In this document: one piece after another, positions 24,729 through 31,358 of the stretch
Layout: every line of letters begins with the position of its first letter
How positions within the stretch are numbered: the stretch's first letter is position 1
Source of the DNA: Xylanibacter ruminicola 23
GTDB lineage: Bacteria; Bacteroidota; Bacteroidia; Bacteroidales; Bacteroidaceae
Assembly: GCF_000025925.1 (NCBI RefSeq)
Contig: NC_014033.1
Location: 150,001-182,000 of the forward strand
Direction of reading: 5' to 3'
Length of the DNA stretch: 32,000 bases
The notes under the pieces: generated by a model
What the model saw: only the letters and a program-made list of their open reading frames with translations
Database searches by the model: none
What the model was told of the DNA's origin: nothing
Made by a program: the position numbers and the translations under genes

Positions 24729-26120
24729 ATGGGGAAGAGGGAGATAAAGTTTATCATAGTTGCCGTTGTAGCTATAATGATAACTTGCCTGGCATTAATG
24801 CTGATATGCAATCAGATCGTTGTGAACAATGCAGAGGGTAAGGTGTTCTCTAACATCGATAGCATCAAGTATAATAAGGTGGGACTATTGTTGGGTACCA
24901 CTCCGCAGGCTCGCATAACAAGAATTTCAAACCAGTTCTTTACCTATCGTATTGATGCAGCTGAGCAGCTGTACAAGGCAGGGAAGATTGAGCAGATATT
25001 GATTAGTGGCGATGAGAATAGTCTTGATGGTGTCAATGAGCCTGAATGTATGAGGGATTCGTTGGTTGCGAGGGGGGTGCCATCGAGTGCAATAATCTTG
25101 GATGGTAAGGGGTATAGGACAATAAACTCTATTGTTGATGCTAACAAGGTGTTTGGTTTGAAGAGTTTTACGATAATATCTCAGGAGTTCCATAATGAGC
25201 GAGCCATTTACCAGGCAGAGCATCTTGGGCTGGATGTGGAGAACATTCAGGCATATAATGCAGAAATGCCAAAAGCAAGACGGGCGTTTCTTACCACAAT
25301 CCGCGAGTATTTTGCAAGGGTTAAGTTGTTCATCGATTTGTGTTTTACAGATAGCAATGATCTCAGTCCACAAAACTCAAGGAAACTTGTAAAATGGAAG
25401 TCTGTACCTTGTCATCGAATTCCAAAAGAGTTTGCAGATAGTTTGAAAGTAGATAGATACAGCAAGGATAGTATCCTCGTTGTCTATAGACAGCCGGTTA
25501 ATGGATATAAAGTGAAAGCTATTGCCAAGTTGGCTGTATCTGATGATGATATTATCTCTGCAGATTTTACTTTTACGAAAGGCGGACAATCATTTAAGCT
25601 CCATACACAATGCTTTGGAGATACAGCGTTCTGTAAAGGTAGGCTGGACTTCCAATTTGAGAATCCAAAGTTATTCAAAAAGTATAAGAACAAGACTATA
25701 AAGGCTAATTATCATTATTATAAAGATGAAGATCAGTTGATGCCGATGTATACACCATTCTTCTTTATGGACTTGGATTTCGACGGAAAAGAGGAATTGG
25801 TTATAGTGCACAAGTCTATGGCTGTTAGATATCACGATGGTTACGATGTGTATCGTATTGTAGAAGGACGTCCTGTGCTCATAGACTATCCTCCATATAA
25901 TGATAATAAGGATGGCTGGGGATTTGGTATGACCGACTACCCTGAGTTTGATTTTAAGAAGAAAACAATATCATGCCCATATCCTGAAGGTGAACTAAAG
26001 TGGGCTGGCCGTACCATCTATGGCGTCAGTAAAAAGCATAAAGATACAGTGGTGGTGAATGGTAAGAAACATCTATTTAACCATATGGAAGTGATTAAGG
26101 AGATAAAGTTTGATGAATGA
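24729..26120 (+). CDS. SanA/YdcF (DUF218) membrane protein fused to a C-terminal copy of the FDG paralog domain
   Basis: N-terminal TM helix (FIIVAVVAIMITCLALMLIC). Residues ~40-215 are collinear with E. coli SanA (LLLGTTP..., ILISGDENSLDGVNEPECMRDSLVARGVP, ILDGKGYRTINSIV, TIISQEFHNERAIY, IREYFARVKLFIDL). The C-terminal ~250 aa carry TPFFFMDLDFDGKEELVIVH and YDVYRI blocks like the two lipoproteins. Confidence 0.85.
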   Translation: MGKREIKFIIVAVVAIMITCLALMLICNQIVVNNAEGKVFSNIDSIKYNKVGLLLGTTPQARITRISNQFFTYRIDAAEQLYKAGKIEQILISGDENSLDGVNEPECMRDSLVARGVPSSAIILDGKGYRTINSIVDANKVFGLKSFTIISQEFHNERAIYQAEHLGLDVENIQAYNAEMPKARRAFLTTIREYFARVKLFIDLCFTDSNDLSPQNSRKLVKWKSVPCHRIPKEFADSLKVDRYSKDSILVVYRQPVNGYKVKAIAKLAVSDDDIISADFTFTKGGQSFKLHTQCFGDTAFCKGRLDFQFENPKLFKKYKNKTIKANYHYYKDEDQLMPMYTPFFFMDLDFDGKEELVIVHKSMAVRYHDGYDVYRIVEGRPVLIDYPPYNDNKDGWGFGMTDYPEFDFKKKTISCPYPEGELKWAGRTIYGVSKKHKDTVVVNGKKHLFNHMEVIKEIKFDE

Positions 26121-26286
26121 TCTGCCTGGCTTTATAATAAATACCCTCAGGCTTCGTGTTGGAAACCTGGGGGTGATTATGCCTGCTGCAGTATGCGTGG
26201 CGGGCCGCGCAAGTGCAGGTCCTTGGCTGTTCGCAGGGCTTCACAGTCCCGAAATATGAGATGGAAAAGTCGTCTATAGTGTTTTA

Positions 26287-26390
26287 GACCATTTTCCTGA
26301 CGTCAGGAAAACGATACCAATGCCTAGATGCTATGGGATAGCTCATGGTATTCTGAGGACCATTTTGCTGACGCTAGCAAATTGGTATCA
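26287..26390. repeat. Two direct 33-bp repeats, each containing a hairpin or palindrome
   Basis: GACCATTTTCCTGACGTCAGGAAAACGATACCA (26287-26319) and GACCATTTTGCTGACGCTAGCAAATTGGTATCA (26358-26390). The first contains the perfect 20-bp palindrome TTTTCCTGACGTCAGGAAAA. GATACCA and TGGTATC at the two ends are complementary. Confidence 0.85.
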
Positions 26391-26454
26391 CTAATTTCAG
26401 AAACGGAATGTGAGGTGGATGATTTAAAAAAAGCGTATAGAGCTTGCGAAACAA

Positions 26455-26482
26455 ATCAGGGAGTGCATAAACACTCCCTGAT
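26455..26482 (-). terminator. Hairpin terminator downstream of the small peptide gene
   Basis: ATCAGGGAGTG-CATAAA-CACTCCCTGAT, an 11-bp stem 5 nt past the stop at 26487, followed on the minus strand by TTGTTTCG. Confidence 0.65.
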
Positions 26483-26486
26483 TCTA

Positions 26487-26588
26487 TTATAGGCCCATGC
26501 AGCTCGTGGCACCAAGGGCAGTTACAATCGCAGTTGCGATACTGGCAATCATCTGTACGATGAACTTCAATGTCTCTTTCTTTGTCAT
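26487..26588 (-). CDS. 33-aa hydrophobic peptide resembling the Bacteroidetes 'smalltalk' small protein
   Basis: Not in the ORF track because it is under 60 aa. Minus-strand ATG at 26588 gives MTKKETLKFIVQMIASIATAIVTALGATSCMGL, with stop at 26487-26489. It lies directly downstream of an HU-like gene, which as I recall is the usual context for this family. Confidence 0.65.
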   Translation of the reverse strand: MTKKETLKFIVQMIASIATAIVTALGATSCMGL

Positions 26589-26631
26589 AATTATTAATGG
26601 TTATAGGTTAATGTTTCATGTTTAATGTGAA

Positions 26632-26654
26632 GGGTGGGGCTTGCGCCCCAACCC
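26632..26654 (-). terminator. GC-rich intercistronic hairpin between the HU-like gene and the small peptide gene
   Basis: GGGTGGGGC-TTGC-GCCCCAACCC immediately after the HU-like stop (26655). No strong U-run, so it may be an attenuator or stabiliser rather than a full terminator. Confidence 0.4.
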
Positions 26655-27209
26655 TTAGTCTCCGATAGGCTCGTGGCTTCCACCACCGGTATTGCCACCG
26701 CCGCTATTCCCGCCGCCTCCGGTGTTTCCACCGGTATTGCCGCCCTGGCTGCTACCACTGCCGTTGGTGGTCTTCTCACCATCGCCGCTCAGCAGACTCT
26801 CGGCGTTTACAAACTCGGCCTTCTTCAGGAACTCTCGACTCGAGATATTCATCTCCTGCTCCTGCTCAGGCATAAATCGGATGTGGAGAGCCTTCAGGTT
26901 CTTACCCACATTAAACTCCTCCTTCTTGGGAGCACCACCGGGCTCGTTCTCCAGGGTAGTGAAGAAGGTGCCCAGACCGTCGATCTTCACTCGCTTCGAC
27001 TCCAGCAGCATCTCCACCAGACAGCTGCGGAACTTCTCCAGCACACCAAACACTACATCCTGCGTATAAACGCTACCGTGCTCGCTGATGTGCTTGGCCA
27101 GCTTGCGGGTGTTCAGGATTTCAATACTCTTGCTGTGGGCAAACCACTTGCCAAATACCTGCGACTTGTTGTTTTTGTTCTGTCGCAACTCATAAAAAAT
27201 CTTTGCCAT
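26655..27209 (-). CDS. HU-family (Bacteroidetes HU_HIG-like) DNA-binding protein with a Gly/Asn-rich tail
   Basis: MAKIFYELRQNKNNKSQVFGKWFAHSKSIEILNTRKLAKHISEHGSVYTQDVVFGVLEKF...KIDGLGTFF is typical of the long Bacteroidetes HU-like proteins. The C-terminus is the low-complexity SSQGGNTGGNTGGGGNSGGGNTGGGS. Confidence 0.8.
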   Translation of the reverse strand: MAKIFYELRQNKNNKSQVFGKWFAHSKSIEILNTRKLAKHISEHGSVYTQDVVFGVLEKFRSCLVEMLLESKRVKIDGLGTFFTTLENEPGGAPKKEEFNVGKNLKALHIRFMPEQEQEMNISSREFLKKAEFVNAESLLSGDGEKTTNGSGSSQGGNTGGNTGGGGNSGGGNTGGGSHEPIGD

Positions 27210-27520
27210 ACTCTAATACTTTTTAATTTTAATGGTTAATACTAATGTTAATTACTCTCGTGTGTGTCTCAATCCACGTGTGCACTTTGTTTCTTTTTGA
27301 CGATGCAAAGGTACAAAGAAAAATGTTACCCTCCAAACGTTTTTTGAACCTTGTTTTTGTGTGTAAATAAATCTTACTTTAAAATATGGCGCTCCATTAC
27401 CAATCTTTAAGATAGTACCTTGCAATCAAAAAGAAAGTTCGGCAGATTTTGCAAAAATCTCGTTAACTATCTACCAGATTCTGCCGTACCGCTTAAAACA
27501 CCCTGCTGGCGGCAAAGATT

Positions 27521-27542
27521 GGTACAATGGTACATTGGTACA
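27521..27542. repeat. Inverted copy of the GTACC-word block
   Basis: GGTACAATGGTACATTGGTACA matches 20/22 to the reverse complement of 27703-27724 (TGTACTAATGTACCAATGTACC). Confidence 0.85.
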
Positions 27543-27699
27543 AATTGTAAAATTAAGTAGTGCAACTTGTGGCTTTTATCTCTTTATATAATTTATATAT
27601 ATTTTAATATATATAAATTTAATATATAATATATAGAATATCTTCTTTGTGCAACAATTGCCAGCGTGCCGCCCTCTTTTACTTTGCATCAGATTTTGA

Positions 27700-27726
27700 A
27701 AATGTACTAATGTACCAATGTACCAT
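27700..27726. repeat. 27-bp GTACC-word block AAATGTACTAATGTACCAATGTACCAT, copy 2
   Basis: Identical to 18962-18988. Confidence 0.95.
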
Positions 27727-27814
27727 CGTGCATATAATTTTGGTTTTAACATTAATTACACTTCTAAACCCGTAACATTTTGGTTTTCTGCATACTTATA
27801 TGTAGAAAAAGCAT

Positions 27815-27822
27815 TATTTTTG
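27815..27822 (+). promoter_or_regulatory. -7 promoter box TATTTTTG for the AlbA_2 gene
   Basis: TAnnTTTG match 10 nt upstream of ATG 27832, which would give a very short leader. Confidence 0.4.
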
Positions 27823-27831
27823 CAAACGATT

Positions 27832-29394
27832 ATGACAACTGAAGAGATAAGAGCTTTGCTCAATGATATTGAGAGTGATAGAGTTGAACGAACAATTTCG
27901 ACTACTAACACTGATAAGTTTGGACAGGCAATCTGTGCATTTGCTAATGATTTGCCTGACCATCGTTTGCCCGGATATCTTTTCCTTGGCGTAAAGGATG
28001 ATGGAACTGTAACAGACCTTAACGTAACGGATGAACTATTGAAGAATATTGCTGCTATACGTACTGATGGCAATATTCAACCGCAACCATCAATGACTGT
28101 TGAGAAAGTATCGATGGACGAAGGTGATATTGTTATGGTAAGGGTAGAACCATCAGTGTTTCCTCCTGTCAGGTATAAGGGGCGAATATGGATTCGCATT
28201 GGTCCACGTAAGGGTGTGGCTAACGAAGATGATGAAAGCATCCTGATGGAGAAACGTCGCACAAATGTTACTTCATTTGACGCTTCACCCTGCATCAATG
28301 CGACCATCGACGATTTGGATTTGCAGAAGTTTAAGCATTACTATCTGCCCAAAGCAATGACGGATGACGAAATAGAGGAAGATCGCAAGGAAGGACGAAC
28401 TGTGAAAGAGCAGATGGCTTCGTTCGGTTTCTTTGATACAAAATATGATTGCCCTACGAATGCGGGTATGCTTTTCTTTGCCAAGAATCTGCGAAGGTTT
28501 ATCCCTGGGGCATATATCCAGTATGTGCGCTTTGCAGGTAAAGATCGTGCGGGCGATATTATGACGGAGCATGAGTTTAAAAGCAATTTGTGTACAACCT
28601 TGGAAGAGTTGGATACTTTTGTGGAGACAACTATTGCCAATCGTCGTCCGATACCAGTAAGCCCCACCCGTGAAGATCCTTTTGTAGATTATCCTTACTG
28701 GGCAACTCGTGAGCTGTTGATGAATGCTATATGTCATCGCGACTATACCAGTAATGGTCCAATACAGTTCTACCAGTATGATGACCGCATCGAAATTATG
28801 AATCATGGTGGACTGTATGGAAAAGCAAACGAACAGAATTTTCCAAAGGTTAATGATTATCGCAATATCATTGTGGCCGAAGGCATGAAGGTGCTAGGCT
28901 TTGTGAATCGTCATAGCCGAGGAGTGCAGAGGGTACAAAGGGAACTTATGGCTAATGAGAATGGCGAGGCTGAGTATGACTTTAGTTACCAGACGGCTGT
29001 GATGGTGAAAGAAATGAAGTCACCTCTCGGTGAGCGGGCCTTGCAGGAAGCAATAGCTCGAGGTTTTGTGACGGAAAATGGAGAAAAACGGTCAGATTTG
29101 ACCATTTCTGAAGATAAAAATGGTCACAAAAATGGTCACAAAAATGGTCATGAGGGTGACCGGAAAACATCACAAAAAACACCTAAAATGAAGGTTTCTA
29201 AGTTCCCAGCTCCTATTGTAGAGCAGGTGTACAAGTCCCTTAGGTTAAATCGTAAGGCAAAATACTCGTGGCTTCAGGATAATCTTGGAGTTAGTGAGGC
29301 AACAATAAAACGTGCCATTAGCGATTTGAAGGAACTAGGATACATCAACAAGGAACACTCGAAAATTAAGGGCGAGTGGCAACTACTAAAATAG
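27832..29394 (+). CDS. AlbA_2 (Schlafen-like) plus HATPase_c_4 putative DNA-binding/ATP-binding regulator (RecG-like annotation class)
   Basis: N-terminal ESDRVERTISTTNTDKFGQAICAFANDLPDHRLPGYLFLGVKDDGTV (AlbA_2-type). Central RELLMNAICHRDY signature (HATPase_c_4). C-terminal HTH-like SEATIKRAISDLKELGYI. ATG 27832 (MTTEEIRALL) is preferred over the track start at 27718, which runs through a repeat. Confidence 0.75.
   Translation: MTTEEIRALLNDIESDRVERTISTTNTDKFGQAICAFANDLPDHRLPGYLFLGVKDDGTVTDLNVTDELLKNIAAIRTDGNIQPQPSMTVEKVSMDEGDIVMVRVEPSVFPPVRYKGRIWIRIGPRKGVANEDDESILMEKRRTNVTSFDASPCINATIDDLDLQKFKHYYLPKAMTDDEIEEDRKEGRTVKEQMASFGFFDTKYDCPTNAGMLFFAKNLRRFIPGAYIQYVRFAGKDRAGDIMTEHEFKSNLCTTLEELDTFVETTIANRRPIPVSPTREDPFVDYPYWATRELLMNAICHRDYTSNGPIQFYQYDDRIEIMNHGGLYGKANEQNFPKVNDYRNIIVAEGMKVLGFVNRHSRGVQRVQRELMANENGEAEYDFSYQTAVMVKEMKSPLGERALQEAIARGFVTENGEKRSDLTISEDKNGHKNGHKNGHEGDRKTSQKTPKMKVSKFPAPIVEQVYKSLRLNRKAKYSWLQDNLGVSEATIKRAISDLKELGYINKEHSKIKGEWQLLK
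29116..29150 (+). repeat. 12-nt tandem repeat (AAAAATGGTCAC)x3 encoding KNGHKNGHKNGH
   Basis: AAAAATGGTCACAAAAATGGTCACAAAAATGGTCA inside the AlbA_2 gene. Contains the AATGGTC word seen in the fkp intragenic element. Confidence 0.9.
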
Positions 29395-29433
29395 AACACC
29401 ATACTTAGTATTGTAATCCCGTCTTTCATTATA

Positions 29434-29470
29434 AGAGGAGTGAGCAGTGATGCTCATTCCTCTTTATTGT
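29434..29470 (+). terminator. Rho-independent terminator after the AlbA_2 gene
   Basis: AGAGGAGTGAGCA-GTGA-TGCTCATTCCTCT followed by TTATTGTTT. Confidence 0.8.
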
Positions 29471-29519
29471 TTGTGCTTGTTTTGCGTTGGAAAAATTTGG
29501 TGATTAACAGAAAATGCTG

Positions 29520-29527
29520 TACCTTTG
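29520..29527 (+). promoter_or_regulatory. -7 promoter box TACCTTTG
   Basis: TAnnTTTG match 50 nt upstream of ATG 29577. Confidence 0.5.
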
Positions 29528-29576
29528 CAACTCTGAAACTAAAAGATTGTTTTTATAAGATATCAACAAATATATA

Positions 29577-30494
29577 ATGGAGGACGTAAGGTACAAACAA
29601 AAATTGTACAGGCTAAGATTAACCAGTTGTCAACGATCCATATTTGGCGGGTTCGAAGATCTTGATTCGGATCAGTTGGATGTGTTTGTTGACGCCATTG
29701 AAAATGATATTAACGAAACCCGAAAATTAAGATTTGAAAATCCAAAAAATGGTACTATATATGAACGGCACTACGTATTCCGCCTGGTAGAGGGCATGGT
29801 GATACTACATGTGGGTAGATTCAGGAAAAATAACGATTATGCCTCGATAGTTCTACACCTAAACAAATGTGGAAATCCGCCATATGTGGTATTGGTTGAC
29901 TATGAAAAATCATTTGCTAACGACAAAATATTGGTCGAGATTGTTGAACGTGCTTTTAACTGGGCGTTGAACGATAAGGGGGTAAGGGTAGTGCTCGAGA
30001 ATTGGGAATTGTCGCAGGAGTGCATCAAAGCCATGTGGAACTCGGATTATTCGGATGCACATATTCTTGCTAAGAGAAAACATCCTGAAGCGCCCGTACT
30101 TAGGAGTGGCTATGAAAAAATTAAACCCATGATGGAGAAGGTGAGGCTACGGGAGAAACTGAAACACCAAAAGCACACTACTATGAAAAGAACACGAAAA
30201 GCATATATCGACTATATTGAGGCCAGTGATAAGGAGATGGTGTTGTATATTCTGCACGAATATGCTGATAAAACAGATAAGCCCAAGCGGGCCATTATAG
30301 GGCAACGTGTACTGATGGATTTGAAAATGAGAAACGATGCCATACCGCATCCGGTATTTACTGACGAGTTTGGTAGCGGGAAAGGTCGTGATAGTAGCTC
30401 GTACAGTACTTACCTTAATGTAACAACCGACTATAGCGACGATCCTTTATATAAGAAAATATACAAGAGTTTACTGCCTTATAGGCTAAAATAA
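29577..30494 (+). CDS. Hypothetical protein (305 aa)
   Basis: Long open frame with its own promoter box. No motif recognised. Confidence 0.6.
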   Translation: MEDVRYKQKLYRLRLTSCQRSIFGGFEDLDSDQLDVFVDAIENDINETRKLRFENPKNGTIYERHYVFRLVEGMVILHVGRFRKNNDYASIVLHLNKCGNPPYVVLVDYEKSFANDKILVEIVERAFNWALNDKGVRVVLENWELSQECIKAMWNSDYSDAHILAKRKHPEAPVLRSGYEKIKPMMEKVRLREKLKHQKHTTMKRTRKAYIDYIEASDKEMVLYILHEYADKTDKPKRAIIGQRVLMDLKMRNDAIPHPVFTDEFGSGKGRDSSSYSTYLNVTTDYSDDPLYKKIYKSLLPYRLK

Positions 30495-30495
30495 A

Positions 30496-30540
30496 ATCGG
30501 AATTTTCGGAACATTCGGATTTGCCGAAAGTCTCGGAAAT
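30496..30540. repeat. TCGGA word array
   Basis: AATCGGAATTTTCGGAACATTCGGATTTGCCGAAAGTCTCGGAAAT: four direct TCGGA words plus one inverted (CCGAA). Confidence 0.75.
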
Positions 30541-30598
30541 GTATGCGAGGCCATGTTCGTATTCCGAGCTTGGCTTCGTTTATTTCTGTAGAACTCTG

Positions 30599-30606
30599 TA
30601 TATTTG
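30599..30606 (+). promoter_or_regulatory. -7 promoter box TATATTTG
   Basis: TAnnTTTG match ~84 nt upstream of ATG 30690. Confidence 0.4.
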
Positions 30607-30689
30607 TCCCCGCTGAAGCAAGAACCTAAAAGTATAACCCCGAGGGAGGGATTAGGCCTAAGACTGAACTCATAATTCTTATAAAGGAT

Positions 30690-31358
30690 ATGAGAAATGA
30701 AGAAAAGGAGTATGTATGGCACGATGGTATCAGAATCAACGATGCTCAACTTGTAACTTTAGCCATGAATGCTGGTAGCTATCATGTGGCAGAACATTAT
30801 CTGTTGTCGCTGTTGGCCCATGGCGTGATGCACCATTTACCTGACTATATAAATAAGGTAAACCAGGTGCGCGAGTTCTATGGTGTGGCTCCCATACCTG
30901 CCCCCAAAAACAACTTTACTGAGGATGCTAAACCTAAAAAGTGTGACATGGGCACCAAGGTGCGCAGGCTGTACCTGAAGATGACGGCTAGCGAACACGA
31001 GGAGTTGCTAAGCCAGTGCCTGCTGGTAATGATGGCAAACTATCCCAAACTGTTTAAGTTTAAGAACCAGTGGCAGGGCATTTATCTGGTGATGAGAGAC
31101 AGATTGGATTACGGATTATCGCAAATGGATTTTCTGGTGATGGCGATTAAGGCCACACCTTCAGGATGGCCTAAACGGCTGCAGATAAGCGAGAGTGTGA
31201 TAAAGAACTTCAGTCATGGCATCAAGATAATGGATGCCGATGATGCTTATTACGAGATGACCGACAATCCGCAACGTGAGCTCTGTGATATATTCTGGGA
31301 GGTGCTGATGCAGCAATTATTGACGGTAAAATACGGAGCCGATACGGAGTTAATCTAA
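30690..31358 (+). CDS. Hypothetical protein (222 aa)
   Basis: Long open frame. No motif recognised. The last codons (KYGADTELI) are made of ATACGGA words. Confidence 0.55.
   Translation: MRNEEKEYVWHDGIRINDAQLVTLAMNAGSYHVAEHYLLSLLAHGVMHHLPDYINKVNQVREFYGVAPIPAPKNNFTEDAKPKKCDMGTKVRRLYLKMTASEHEELLSQCLLVMMANYPKLFKFKNQWQGIYLVMRDRLDYGLSQMDFLVMAIKATPSGWPKRLQISESVIKNFSHGIKIMDADDAYYEMTDNPQRELCDIFWEVLMQQLLTVKYGADTELI

Noticed and set aside
18900-26120. Annotating the AT-rich block as a defined mobile element (ICE, prophage or transposon)
   Set aside because: No integrase, transposase, relaxase, capsid/terminase or tRNA target is visible in the window. Only the compositional shift and a repeat pair support foreign origin, so it is reported as a finding rather than a mobile_element feature.
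26130-26280. GC-rich tract after the island as a gene remnant or known structured RNA
   Set aside because: It contains only a 26-codon ORF with no motif on the + strand and an ATG-less open stretch on the minus strand. I could not recognise SRP, 6S, tmRNA or RNase P signatures, so it is left unannotated and mentioned under the neighbouring repeat finding.
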